A stretch of DNA of 64,000 nt, taken from contig CAVRZA010000001.1 in the NCBI GenBank assembly GCA_963725665.1, positions 512,514 through 576,513 on the forward strand. The letters run 5' to 3'. The notes under the pieces were generated by a model. It saw nothing but the letters and a program-made list of their open reading frames with translations. It searched no databases and was not told the origin of the DNA. The stretch is from an uncultured Actinomycetes bacterium. Lineage in GTDB: Bacteria > Actinomycetota > Thermoleophilia > UBA2241. This document shows, piece after piece, positions 49,819 through 60,293 of this stretch (its first letter is position 1; every line of letters begins with the position of its first letter). The translations under genes and the position numbers were made by a program.

Positions 49819-50532
49819 ATGATGCCTCGAGCCACGCCTGTTTCTGCGATCTTCTTTGCGGTTCTATTTACGTCAGTCACTGCGATCGCACAGACGGCAC
49901 CAAGTCCCCAACCCGGGTCAACGCCCGCGTTAAAGGCTATTGGCGCATCCACCTCGGCCAAACCGGAGATGGAACCGTCGTTGATTGTCTTAAATTCGCA
50001 CGGCGCAACTCTGCAAGGCGACAAGCTCACGCTCACCGGCATTTCGCCTAACGCAATCGTGTTCGCCGATCGGCCGATACGGGCCGCCGGGCACGCGCTT
50101 ACCGCTCACCTCCTGGAGGAGTGGGCGAGCGGCGATAGTTTCGGCAAGGATCCACCAAATGCGACGGTTTCGGCACTTAGTAAGGATGCTTCAACGAACC
50201 GCGATGCGGTCGTCGTATTGAAGTCGCCCAAGCTCGACGGTGACAAGCTGACTTTCGACGTGCAGGTCCTCGAAGGAAACCTGAACGGCACAGATGGTCC
50301 GGCTGCCGTATTCATCGATATCATCGGGCTACCGTTCACGCCGCTTTCGTATGCCGGCGTCGCCCGTCGTACAGCGCGTCGCGCTGCATGGTATGGCGCT
50401 GCTGGAGCCTATGGCGCGGCAGCCGCTTATGGTGCGGCGGCGGCCTACCGCGCAGCCGCTTACGGGTATCCACCGCCGCCTTACTACGCTCGCCCTGCGT
50501 GCGGTTATTACCCTTACCCGCCTTGCTACTGA
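49819..50532 (+). CDS. Secreted hypothetical protein
   Basis: Signal peptide; FADRP, PPNAT; PLSYAGVARRTARR tail. Confidence 0.8.
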   Translation: MMPRATPVSAIFFAVLFTSVTAIAQTAPSPQPGSTPALKAIGASTSAKPEMEPSLIVLNSHGATLQGDKLTLTGISPNAIVFADRPIRAAGHALTAHLLEEWASGDSFGKDPPNATVSALSKDASTNRDAVVVLKSPKLDGDKLTFDVQVLEGNLNGTDGPAAVFIDIIGLPFTPLSYAGVARRTARRAAWYGAAGAYGAAAAYGAAAAYRAAAYGYPPPPYYARPACGYYPYPPCY

Positions 50533-50578
50533 GGCGCCCGATACAGCGCGATTACATCTCACGGGAGAATTTCATCCG

Positions 50579-51061
50579 ATGTCACGAACATGTTCAGCAC
50601 TGCTGGCACTCGCTCTGATCGCAATGACGGCCGCGTCTGCCGACGCTCAATCACCCAACTGGACGCAGGCGGGCATGCTGCGTTGCCGGCTCAACCCGAG
50701 CATCGGGTTCATCATCGCCGGCCACCAGTCGATGGAATGTCAGTTCACGCAAAATGCGCAGGTCCCGCCGCAGCCCTATGCCGGCGCAATTAACACTGTG
50801 GGCATCGATATCGGCATCTCGGCGGGTGGTGTCCTCGCCTGGGCCGTTCTTTCCCCAACGGTCGGCGTGCCGTTCGGCGCACTCGCCGGTGATTATGTGG
50901 GAGCGACCGCGGACGCCGCCCTTGGTCTCGGCGTCGGCACCAACGTGCTGGTCGGGGGATCCGGGCGCACCATTGCACTTCAGCCAATCTCGGTAGAGGG
51001 CTCGGTTGCCCTCAATGTTGCTGTCGGCGTTGCCGCTCTCAAACTGCGACCGCTGCCTTGA
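50579..51061 (+). CDS. DUF992 domain protein
   Basis: G.L.C…GIDIG…LAWAV…GTNVLVGGS…LQPISVEG. Confidence 0.85.
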   Translation: MSRTCSALLALALIAMTAASADAQSPNWTQAGMLRCRLNPSIGFIIAGHQSMECQFTQNAQVPPQPYAGAINTVGIDIGISAGGVLAWAVLSPTVGVPFGALAGDYVGATADAALGLGVGTNVLVGGSGRTIALQPISVEGSVALNVAVGVAALKLRPLP

Positions 51062-51146
51062 ACGCAAAAGTCTACGAGAACTTGTGCAAGCGCTTTCGTC
51101 GTTAATTTTATTTTAGAGCGAGCTGCAACTCGAATTGGGGGACACG

Positions 51147-51872
51147 ATGCTTCACAACAGATCAGCACTCTTCGTCGCCGCGGCATTGGCAGTCGGGCTC
51201 GCGCAAACCGCGTCAGCCGCCGACTTGCCGCGCCGGCCTGCACCGGCCCCGCTGCTGTCACCCACACCGGTCTACAACTGGACCGGAATTTACCTTGGCT
51301 TGAACGGCGGAGGCGGCTGGGGGCGACAGGACCCGCTCAATCTGATCACCAACCGGTTCGATGGCCAGTCCGTTGATTTTTCCGGCGGCGTGTTCGGCGG
51401 AACGGCGGGCGCTCAAATTCAATCGGGCCACGTCGTTTTAGGCTTTGAGGCCGATCTCGATTGGGCCAACTTGAAGGGGTCCGGTACGTTCATTCCGAGT
51501 GCAGGTGGCCTGCCTCTTACGCCGTCTGCCGTCAGCGCGAGCACCAATATCGACTGGGAAGCAACGGCCCGGATGCGCGTCGGATACGCCCAGGAGAACT
51601 GGCTTTTCTATGCGACCGGCGGCCTTGCATTGTTAGGCGCTAAATCCACCTTCGCTCCGGCGGTCGGAGTTTCCTGCGGCACATTTGGAATTATCAACTG
51701 CTCTGGCACGAGCAAGCAGGTCGGCGCAGTCCTGGGAGCGGGTGTTGAATACGGCATAACGCAAAATGTCAGTGCGAAGCTTGAATATCTCTATATTACG
51801 GCAGCTTCACTCGACATCTCGCATCACAGCGAAATACGTGCCGGCCTGAATTATCGGTTCGGCGGACTGTAG
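51147..51872 (+). CDS. Omp25/RopB-type outer-membrane beta-barrel
   Basis: AADLP…YNWTGIYLG…GAGVEYG…AGLNYRF. Confidence 0.9.
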   Translation: MLHNRSALFVAAALAVGLAQTASAADLPRRPAPAPLLSPTPVYNWTGIYLGLNGGGGWGRQDPLNLITNRFDGQSVDFSGGVFGGTAGAQIQSGHVVLGFEADLDWANLKGSGTFIPSAGGLPLTPSAVSASTNIDWEATARMRVGYAQENWLFYATGGLALLGAKSTFAPAVGVSCGTFGIINCSGTSKQVGAVLGAGVEYGITQNVSAKLEYLYITAASLDISHHSEIRAGLNYRFGGL

Positions 51873-51944
51873 GCGCGCGAAATCGCCATTTGCGGCAATT
51901 ACCCCGTCGTCCCGGACGTTCAAAAGAATTTTGGGAGAAATCGT

Positions 51945-52307
51945 ATGCGAAAAACTCTGATCCCCACTGCGGCGGGCCTCACGTTGTCCTTCATCAATAC
52001 AAATGCCAGCGCTCAAGTTGATCTGAGCACTTACGCGGACGCTGAAGGATACCTCGATGTTCAGACATTGAGCTGCGCGCAACTCGCCGGAACGTGGCAA
52101 GACCAGGCTGATTTGCTCACGACCTGGTATAGCGGCTGGTACAACGGACTTGCGAAGAAGCACTATCTCAACATCGGCCGGTCGAAGGAAACGGAACACG
52201 AGGTGATCGTGTATTGTAAAGCAAATCCGCAGGTGAAAATCATCGAGGCCATCGACATCGTCTTTAAGAAGTGGCGAGCTGAGCGCGGTATCATTATCGC
52301 GAAGTAA
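51945..52307 (+). CDS. HdeA/HdeB family periplasmic protein
   Basis: LSCAQL…WYSGWY…YCKANP. Confidence 0.7.
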   Translation: MRKTLIPTAAGLTLSFINTNASAQVDLSTYADAEGYLDVQTLSCAQLAGTWQDQADLLTTWYSGWYNGLAKKHYLNIGRSKETEHEVIVYCKANPQVKIIEAIDIVFKKWRAERGIIIAK

Positions 52308-52666
52308 TGATCTATCGCCGAAGGCAAAACGTGATGCGAGGCAAATGCGTACGAATTTGGCTTGCTGTTGTGGCGACGTTTTTCGTTGCCGGACCAACCC
52401 ATGCGCAAAACTACAATCCTCCCTGGTGTGCAATTGCGGACAACGACGGCAACCTGAATTGCGCTTACGCCAGTGAACAGCAATGCCGGCAAACCTTGAG
52501 CGGGATTGGCGGAGAGTGCGTTCGCAATCCGGCTGGCAATAGCCTGCAGGTACCGGCAAGCCCTCCTTCTTCAGAAAATGCGCAGGGGTTGTTGCCTCTC
52601 CAATTGGAAAGTCCGGGTCCCCCGCCTGGGCTTGGTGGCTCAGCGGGGCCGGGGCCTCCGCCGTAA
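52307..52666 (+). CDS. DUF3551 domain protein
   Basis: PWCA…NCAY.SEQQC…SGIGGECVRNP; start may be later. Confidence 0.8.
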   Translation: MIYRRRQNVMRGKCVRIWLAVVATFFVAGPTHAQNYNPPWCAIADNDGNLNCAYASEQQCRQTLSGIGGECVRNPAGNSLQVPASPPSSENAQGLLPLQLESPGPPPGLGGSAGPGPPP

Positions 52667-52697
52667 CGAGTCGTATTTGCGGTTTGTGATGGAGACA

Positions 52698-53120
52698 ATG
52701 ATGCCGATCTATCGCGCGCTCATAGGGTTTGTGTTGCTGGGCTTCAGCGCTTCCCTTGTGGCCGCGCAACAACAACAGGTTATTGTTATTCCGAACAATA
52801 TGTTTACAGCTGCAGGCTTCATGGTGAAGTACGCGACCACGCCGGAAAAGCGCGCACTCCTGAATTCATTGCCGCCCGACAAGCTCGTCAAGCGGACAAA
52901 GGATGGAATCGTCTACTACGTGTACGCCGATGCGGCGCGTTGCAATTGCGCCTATGTCGGAACGGCACAGGCCTACGCGGCCTATCAGAACGGACCGTTT
53001 GATCCGGGCGCCGGTGGCCCCAACAATGCCCTGCAAACGATCGACAGCGATGTCCCCGAGCCCTACGTGCCCGCGAATATCTACCCAAGCATAGACAGCA
53101 TTTTACAGCCGGATTTTTGA
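52698..53120 (+). CDS. Secreted hypothetical protein
   Basis: Signal peptide; AAGF…YYVYAD..CNCAYVG. Confidence 0.7.
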   Translation: MMPIYRALIGFVLLGFSASLVAAQQQQVIVIPNNMFTAAGFMVKYATTPEKRALLNSLPPDKLVKRTKDGIVYYVYADAARCNCAYVGTAQAYAAYQNGPFDPGAGGPNNALQTIDSDVPEPYVPANIYPSIDSILQPDF

Positions 53121-53163
53121 TATCCGTGAAAGCAAGGTCTGCCGGTGGAATAAGGCGCGACGG

Positions 53164-53427
53164 TCATCCGCGCACGGCAGTACACTGGAAGCGGGCGCAA
53201 TCCTGGTAGACGGCCCGACACTCTGAAGATGATATCTGCTTCAAGGACCGGCAGTCGCGATATCGTGCGCGACAGGCATTTATACATTGCTGTTTTGCGG
53301 TCTGAGCGGCAGCCAAGACGGTGGGTGCGCCATCAGCGTCCCGCGCAATAGCTGTTCCCTGGCTTGCTAATAGATGTACCGCGAAGAGTACGAAGACGAC
53401 GGCAAACGAACGCTTGCTGCAGTTCAT
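53164..53427 (-). CDS. Small secreted Cys-rich protein
   Basis: Signal peptide; six regularly spaced Cys. Confidence 0.6.
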   Translation of the reverse strand: MNCSKRSFAVVFVLFAVHLLASQGTAIARDADGAPTVLAAAQTAKQQCINACRARYRDCRSLKQISSSECRAVYQDCARFQCTAVRG

Positions 53428-53447
53428 GGCTTGGCCCCCGAATGTTG

Positions 53448-53684
53448 TCAGCAATTGCGTGCTGTTCCGATCATACACCTTTGGACGCATAGCTCGATTT
53501 GGTCCGCTGGCAATCCCATTTTGATCTGATTGTTGCGGCAACACGTATATCAGGCCTTTTCCGATTTACCCTTCTTCGCAGCCAACTCATTTGATGGCTG
53601 CGACACTGTCTGAGCGGGCGACACGCCGGTGGGTATGGTGAAAAGGAACGCGGCGCTGACAACAAGAACTAGTGGCGATCGCAT
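53448..53684 (-). pseudogene. Small secreted Cys-rich protein with in-frame TGA
   Basis: GAGGAGG RBS; signal peptide; KA*YTCCR…C…C…C continues in frame past the TGA at 53550-53552. Confidence 0.45.
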
Positions 53685-53793
53685 TTGATCCTCCTCTTCT
53701 GGTAAGCGGTTTATTGCTCCTGTGTTCACTCGCCGCGGCAATGGCCAGCTTTGCAAACGGTGGTTCCGCCTTGAGATCCACTGCGTTGGGTAC

Positions 53794-55246
53794 CTACTTC
53801 ACGGGGAACAGAAGCGCGATCGAGGTGCGCAATTGCCAGTCTGCTGTGCCGGTCGGGCGTATTGCATTGTAGTACGCGGCAATCGATGCGTTTATCGGTT
53901 GATCGCCCACTCGGAATACGCGACCGAAGCCACCGCCGACCGGCACGGTCCATTTCTCACCTGCCGCTGCGAGCCAGTTCACCGTGATGATCGGTGACGT
54001 GGTCAAGTACCAGCCGTGCTCCATGTTGTAGTTGACGAATGGCTGGGCGAGGCCGGTATTCACCGCCGGCCGCAACGAATTGCCGCCAACCGACCACTGA
54101 TTGTTGAGCAGCACGCCGAGCACCCAATGCCCTGGCGTCGTCAGGAACACGGCCGTCGGGCCGAACAGAGACTCTGCCCGTCCCGAGAATAGGATCGCTG
54201 GCGGATGGAACGGTGAAGACAGGGCCCACACCCCAGATCAGTTTGCCTGGCTTCGTCGGCGACAGGAACAGCGATTGGGTAATATCGCCAATACCGTTGG
54301 TGCTGCTGTCTATCGCCGGATCGGGTTGGCTGACCAACGGAATGATGGTGCGCGAGATGACGTTCCAGTCTTCGTTCAGGTGCATTGGAACGACCGGCTG
54401 GATATTGAGTATTTCCTGCGTGCGGTTGAAAGGCCCCGAATTAAAATTCGTATTGCTCTGGAATGGCAAGCTCACAAGATCCGCGATCGGATTCTGCGAT
54501 TGCTTCTGCAGTTCTTCATCTTTTGCCGACGCACCTGGATGACCGGCGCGCGACGGCTCAGCCGCAGCGGTGACACCGCTCTCGAATTTATAGTTGGCAC
54601 CAAACTTGACCATCTGGACGTCGTGGCTCAGCGCCAGCGCCGGGCCTGTGGCGGAATTCCAGTTTGAGAGCGCGAGATAGTCGTATTCGAGTTTGACCGT
54701 CCAATGCGGCTTGAAGCCGTATTCGATACCTCCGCCAATCAGCCAGCCACCATTGGTGCTCGACCCGCTCCAACTCGGCGAGCCCGGAACGTTCACGATG
54801 GCCTCGCTTCCCACCCAGCCGCCGCCCAGCTTGGCGAAAACAAGCCAGCGGTCGTTCACGAGGCCAATGCGGCCCGCCACCGTGCTCATCCAGTGGTTGC
54901 TGACTGAGCCTAACGTCGGAGCGGAAAGTGTTGGATGATTGAAACTTGCCCAATCGACGTCGCCTTCGGCCCCCAGCAGAACGTGGCCGGCTTGAAAATT
55001 ATAACCGGCCTGAACGCCGCCGATGAGCTCGGTGATGCCGCCATAGACGTTGTTGCCGGGAATGTTCAGGCTACCACTTGTCCAGCCTCCGCCAAAATTC
55101 GCGCCGACATAAAACCCGGACCAGTTGTAGGGCGGCGGTGCGGCCGGCGTTTTTTCGACCGGGGCCTTCGTGGGTAAATCCGATGCGCGAGCGGATGCGC
55201 TGAATAATCCTAGAGCCGCGATGCCTGCCAGAAGGAGTATTTTCAC
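53794..55246 (-). CDS. Omp25-type barrel fused to a second outer-membrane barrel domain; frameshift near 54170
   Basis: YNWSGFYVG…KFGANYKF, then QNPIADL…NIQPVVP…GIGDI…; C-terminus (WTVPVGGG…WQLR…LLFP) is in another frame. Confidence 0.8.
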
Positions 55247-55433
55247 GGTGCCCCCCGATTCGAGCCGGGTCGCTCGGCCTGCTGGGCCGATACACAGGAC
55301 AATTTTATGACAAGGGCCGGGACAATAGTATTGCCCCAAGGGGCATGTGTACTGCCAGCACAGTTTACCGCGAATGCCGGCTTTGGGTCATGAGTGGTCC
55401 GCGCAACCCGATCGTTATCCGAAAACTTGCACC

Positions 55434-55706
55434 CTAATTCAGCCGCTGCACGCGTGCGGCCATATCAGGGGACAATGTCATCCGGTAGGAACGATGTTCG
55501 CAGCGAAGGACCCATACCGCTACGTCCGGCTTTGAACGCTTTGCATCTCGCTTTGCACTGACCGGCTTATCGCAGCGCTGGCCCTGGTCGCGGATTTGAA
55601 TTGCGAGTAATTCCTTCGCCGTTTCTTGTGCAGCGACTTCAAGTGTCGCGGTCGCGTTGATAATAAGCGCGAATAGCGCGAGCCAAACGCTCCTGGTTGT
55701 GCGCAT
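55434..55706 (-). CDS. Secreted hypothetical protein
   Basis: Signal peptide; QIRDQG..CDKP…WVLRC. Confidence 0.7.
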   Translation of the reverse strand: MRTTRSVWLALFALIINATATLEVAAQETAKELLAIQIRDQGQRCDKPVSAKRDAKRSKPDVAVWVLRCEHRSYRMTLSPDMAARVQRLN

Positions 55707-55842
55707 GGTTGAGTCCCTGGTTTTGAGGTGCGAAACAATTTAGCAGTGCTAAAGTGCCGTCGAGCGTAGCAAATTAGGCTATTCGTGTGCACAGGGTCGA
55801 TCCTGATATTGATCAAAAGGACGTATTTGAACGATAGGCGCT

Positions 55843-56673
55843 CTACTTCGAATTGGTGGCTTGCGGTCCGGGCGAGAGGAGGGCGGCGATTGCCTCCCAC
55901 GCAACATTTTTCAAGTCGACGAGCGGCGGGTTGTCGAGTTCCGCCGTTGTCTCGGCTTTCACGTTGCAGCCCTCGACAAGCCGTGAAATCTTGATTTCAC
56001 CATCCGTATAGTACCGGTCACCTTCGCCGTTCCGGCCATTCAGTGTGGGACCAACGCCGGAGACTTCATAGATCGCCTCAACAACCTTTGCGGCTTTCAG
56101 GTCAGCAGTGAGCTGGTTTCGCTCGGCATCGATATCGGGCGCGATGTGATGGGTGACCTGCGCCGTCAGGTGGCTCAGGCCCACGCCGCGATCGAACGTC
56201 GCGGAGCCAAGCCAGACGGGCCTTCCTTCGTCGCCCCGTTTCAATACCTCCCAGAACCGCACATGCTGGCGGCGATCGGCGCTGGTGCCGTCAGGTTTTT
56301 CGAAGGCCAGGTCTTCTGCTCGGCCTTGATAAAAGAGTGTGCTCACCGGGGCGTCCCGGTACGGCCGATCGAGGACGACACTGCCTACAATCGCGAGACT
56401 CGATCGCAGCGTAATTGGATCGGCGGGATACCAGCCGGCCGCGTGTATTGCACACAACACATCTTCTTTTGATCCGACCAGTCCGACATTGATGGCATCA
56501 CCCGGAATGCCCTGCGCCGTCCGCGTCACCATTGTGAGGCCTGCGAGGCCCTTTTGATGCTCGTAATGGGTCCAGGCCAACGGCAGCACAATGTAGGCGA
56601 GCAGGCCGTAGCCGCCGATAATTGCAGCAACGGCGATAAGTGCGATCTTCGTCCTTGAACGCCGGGGTGCCAT
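55843..56673 (-). CDS. LssY C-terminal domain protein
   Basis: GDAINVGLVG, AAGW, DLAFEK, HVRFW, THHIAPDIDAER. Confidence 0.85.
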   Translation of the reverse strand: MAPRRSRTKIALIAVAAIIGGYGLLAYIVLPLAWTHYEHQKGLAGLTMVTRTAQGIPGDAINVGLVGSKEDVLCAIHAAGWYPADPITLRSSLAIVGSVVLDRPYRDAPVSTLFYQGRAEDLAFEKPDGTSADRRQHVRFWEVLKRGDEGRPVWLGSATFDRGVGLSHLTAQVTHHIAPDIDAERNQLTADLKAAKVVEAIYEVSGVGPTLNGRNGEGDRYYTDGEIKISRLVEGCNVKAETTAELDNPPLVDLKNVAWEAIAALLSPGPQATNSK

Positions 56674-56798
56674 TGTGAAAGCCTAGCGAAATCTCGCTGA
56701 TCCCGACAGTGCAAGCGCGTTTCTGGATTGTTGCGGCCTGATATATGCTGCGATCGGGGACGCGCGAAATTTAGCGCGAATTGGCGGGATATCTGGCC

Positions 56799-57560
56799 GT
56801 GCACACTGCTGTCATTTCATCGATTGTTTTGGCGCTGATCATCGCGGGCGCGCTGCTGGGCGCGTTTATCCGGACATTGCTGTCGGAGCAGCATCTGGAT
56901 TCCGACACTAAAGACGTCATCAAGATGTCTGTCGGGCTGATTGCCACACTTTCGGCTCTTGTTCTCGGATTGCTGATCGCGACCGGAAAAACGTCCTTCG
57001 ATGCAAGAGTCACGCAAGTCAGGCAGATCGCGGCTAACGCCGTCCTGCTTGATCAAACGCTCGCGCAATATGGTAACGACGCCGCGAATGCCCGTGTTGC
57101 GCTTCGTCAGACGTTCGGTTTGATGGTCGACCGAATATGGAATGAAAATAACGCGATATCGCGGGGTCCAAGCCCGTTCCAGATGACGGGTGCGGCTGAC
57201 TCATTCATCCATAGCCTCGTCAATCTTCCGGCGACGACGGATTTTCAGCGCGCGCTGAAAACAGAAATCGTGGGCATCGCCAACGAAATCGCGAAAGATC
57301 GACTGTCGCTCTTTGTGCAAGGGCGCGATACGATTTCCATGCCGTTTTTGACAGTATTGGTGTTTTGGCTCACCGTGATTTTTGCCGTCTTCGCCCTGCT
57401 GACGCGACTCAACATACTGGTCTCCGTCATTATGTTGCTGTGCGCCGTGTCAGTGTCCGGTTCGATTTTCCTCATTCTGGACATGAACAGACCGTTTGAC
57501 GGGATGATGAGGATCCCCAGCGCGCAAATGCGCAGTGCTTTGCCACCGCTCAGTCCGTGA
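56799..57560 (+). CDS. DUF4239-like membrane protein
   Basis: GLIATLSALVLG…LILDMNRPFDG. Confidence 0.8.
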   Translation: MHTAVISSIVLALIIAGALLGAFIRTLLSEQHLDSDTKDVIKMSVGLIATLSALVLGLLIATGKTSFDARVTQVRQIAANAVLLDQTLAQYGNDAANARVALRQTFGLMVDRIWNENNAISRGPSPFQMTGAADSFIHSLVNLPATTDFQRALKTEIVGIANEIAKDRLSLFVQGRDTISMPFLTVLVFWLTVIFAVFALLTRLNILVSVIMLLCAVSVSGSIFLILDMNRPFDGMMRIPSAQMRSALPPLSP

Positions 57561-58975
57561 TCGCGATGACTTCCGCTCGAGAGCGTTTGTTTATGGGTGA
57601 AATAGTGTACCGCGCGGTCGTTCTGGCGCTCGCACTGCAGCTTGCAGCGTGCGCTGCCACATTCAATGAGCCGATCAATTTGCCCGTGGCCTCCAATGCG
57701 GCAATCGTGCCGCCTTTGACGCCGCCTGACGTCGCGGGCGATACGGTTGTGGCACTGGCATTCTCCGGTGGCGGCACACGTGCGGCGGCGTTTGCCTATG
57801 GCGCCATGCGCGGCCTCGATCGCCTGCCGGCCAAGGGACGTGGGACGTATTTCGACCGGGTTATTTTCATTTCCGGCGTATCGGGTGGGTCGGTTGCCGC
57901 CGGTTACTTCGGTTTGAAAGGGCGTGCGGCGCTCGCTGACTTCCGCGAACGATTCCTGTTGAGGAACGCCGAGGAAGAACTCAGCACCAGCATCAGTGTG
58001 GTGAACCTGGCCAAAGGTTTCGGGGGCGGGGTCAATGATTCCTCGCGGCTGGCAGGTTGGCTCGATCAACACTTATACGAGGGGGCGACACTCGCCGATC
58101 TTTATCAACCGGGAAAACCAATTATCTGGCTCAATGCTTCGGATCTCTACAATCGCACGCCATTTCTATTTTCTCCGGTGACCTTCGAAGCCTTGTGCAG
58201 CGACCCGCGCAAATATCCGATCTCGCAAGCGGTTGCTGCTTCAGCGGCCGTTCCCGTGGCCTTCGTTCCAATCGTGCTCGCCAGCTTCTCCGGCTCATGT
58301 AGTGCGCCGTTGCCGCCGTGGGTTGATCGCGTCCTGGCCGACCGGAATGCCGGGGCCCAAGTCCGCGCTTTTGCGCAGGCCCTCAAGCGATATCGGGATC
58401 CTGAACAAATCCGCTTCGTTAAGCTGGCCGACGGCGGCATCACCGATAATTTCGGACTGTCCGGAGTCACCATCGCCCGCGAGGCTGCCGGATTACCTTA
58501 TGCACCCCTGACGCGTGACAGGGCCGTGCGACTGCGGCACCTGGTCTTCATCGTGGTCAATTCCGGTTTGGCGCCGCAGGGAGAATGGGCGCAGACCGTT
58601 CAAGGCCCGTCAGGAAAAGAGATGATCGGTGCGCTCACCGACACAGCCATTAATTCCGCGGTGCGCAGCGGGTTCGATGCCTTCCGGCTAACCGTCAAGA
58701 ACTGGGAAGACGACACGCGGAAGTGGCGATGTCGCTTATCCCGCGCCGAGGCGGCAAAGCTTGGCGCTACAGGGGATTGGCGCTGCAGCAACATCAGTTT
58801 TGATGTGGTGGAGATCTCTTTTGCGCAAATGGATCCGGCGCGCGCGGCAAGGCTCGACCGCGTGCCGACCAGTTTTCATTTGCCGGAAGAAGAAGTCGAT
58901 CTGGTTGCCCAGGCAGGTACCGATACGTTGCTGGCACATCCCACCGTGCGTGCTGTCCTTGGCAAAGTGAATTGA
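57557..58975 (+). CDS. Patatin-like phospholipase (lipoprotein)
   Basis: SGGGTRAA, GVSGGS, DGG; start uncertain. Confidence 0.9.
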   Translation: MIAMTSARERLFMGEIVYRAVVLALALQLAACAATFNEPINLPVASNAAIVPPLTPPDVAGDTVVALAFSGGGTRAAAFAYGAMRGLDRLPAKGRGTYFDRVIFISGVSGGSVAAGYFGLKGRAALADFRERFLLRNAEEELSTSISVVNLAKGFGGGVNDSSRLAGWLDQHLYEGATLADLYQPGKPIIWLNASDLYNRTPFLFSPVTFEALCSDPRKYPISQAVAASAAVPVAFVPIVLASFSGSCSAPLPPWVDRVLADRNAGAQVRAFAQALKRYRDPEQIRFVKLADGGITDNFGLSGVTIAREAAGLPYAPLTRDRAVRLRHLVFIVVNSGLAPQGEWAQTVQGPSGKEMIGALTDTAINSAVRSGFDAFRLTVKNWEDDTRKWRCRLSRAEAAKLGATGDWRCSNISFDVVEISFAQMDPARAARLDRVPTSFHLPEEEVDLVAQAGTDTLLAHPTVRAVLGKVN

Positions 58976-59091
58976 CGGCTTGACCGGTCGCGTAAAGCCC
59001 CAAAACGTCATTACTGCAGGGCTTTCAGGGGGAGGGTGGTCCGCCCCAATTTGCATGGCAACCAAACGGAACTTCGCCCGTTATCAAGGCC

Positions 59092-60237
59092 ATGGATCAA
59101 AGCACCCCCAAGGCGGCACAACGGCGCGCGGAAAGGCCCGATGAAGACCGCCGCGCCCGTGCGGCACGTTTTGCCCTCGCAGTCAGTGATCCACAACCGG
59201 TCGCGGAAGTCGCGCGGATTTGGCGCACCGCCGCCCAGTCGGCGACCATTGGCATGTTCATCGTCGTCCTGATCGGGGCGCTTTACCTCGCGCGTCCCAT
59301 CCTGCTGCCGGTGGCATCGGCCTTCGTTGTGGCCATGATGCTTGGGCCGCTGTCGGCGCACGCGGAGCGCCATCGCATCCCGTCGCTGCTATCAGCAATT
59401 GTGCTGTGGCTGTTGGTGATCGCGGTGTTCTACGGCGTCATCGTGCTCGTGGCGGCGCCGGTGGTGGATTGGATCGGCAAAGCGCCTGATATCGGCCGCA
59501 ACATTCAGGAAAAACTGCATGTGCTCGACCGGCCGCTCGCCGCGCTTCAGGAGATGCGCGATGCACTTCTGCCGTCCGACAAGAAGGGCAGCCTCGGCGT
59601 CGATATCATGACTTTCGTTCAGCCGGCCGTATTGGTCGTTACGCCAGCAATCGGTCAGACCTTTATCTTTTTCGGGACGCTGTTCTTCATGCTGCTCGGC
59701 CGCTCCCATCTTCGGCGCGTGCTGGTCATCTTTTTCGACCAGCGCGACGCGCGTCTACGCACGCTCAAGATCATGAATGACATCGAACATAATCTGACGG
59801 GCTATCTGAGCATCGTCGCGGTAATCAACGTTGCGGTTGGGATTTGCGGCGGCGTCGCTGCGTGGGTGGCGGGACTTCCAGATCCTGTTGCATGGGCGGT
59901 GCTCGGATTTATTCTCAATTTCATTCCCTACATCGGCGCACTGATCATGGAGGCTGCATTGTTCATGGTCGGTTTGGTGACATTCCCGACGCTGACACAC
60001 GCGCTGATCGCGCCACTGCTCTTCCTCGCACTGGCGACGCTGGAAGGACATTTTGTCACGCCGAGCATCATGGGACGCAAATTAACTCTAAATCCGCTCA
60101 CGGTCTTTCTGTCACTTATATTCTGGACGTGGTTGTGGGGCCCGATTGGCGCCTTCCTGGCCGTGCCGCTGCTCATTATGGCGCTGGTCGTGATTGACCA
60201 TCTGTTTCCCGAGGATGGCCGGGAATTGCCGGCCTAG
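59092..60237 (+). CDS. AI-2E family transporter
   Basis: LNFIPYIG…EGHFVTP…LNPL…WLWGPIGAFLAVP. Confidence 0.9.
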   Translation: MDQSTPKAAQRRAERPDEDRRARAARFALAVSDPQPVAEVARIWRTAAQSATIGMFIVVLIGALYLARPILLPVASAFVVAMMLGPLSAHAERHRIPSLLSAIVLWLLVIAVFYGVIVLVAAPVVDWIGKAPDIGRNIQEKLHVLDRPLAALQEMRDALLPSDKKGSLGVDIMTFVQPAVLVVTPAIGQTFIFFGTLFFMLLGRSHLRRVLVIFFDQRDARLRTLKIMNDIEHNLTGYLSIVAVINVAVGICGGVAAWVAGLPDPVAWAVLGFILNFIPYIGALIMEAALFMVGLVTFPTLTHALIAPLLFLALATLEGHFVTPSIMGRKLTLNPLTVFLSLIFWTWLWGPIGAFLAVPLLIMALVVIDHLFPEDGRELPA

Positions 60238-60293
60238 CGTGGCGGACCCGGGCGGGCTAGACACTGGGGACCGCGCTCGCCTCGATCCCCCCG

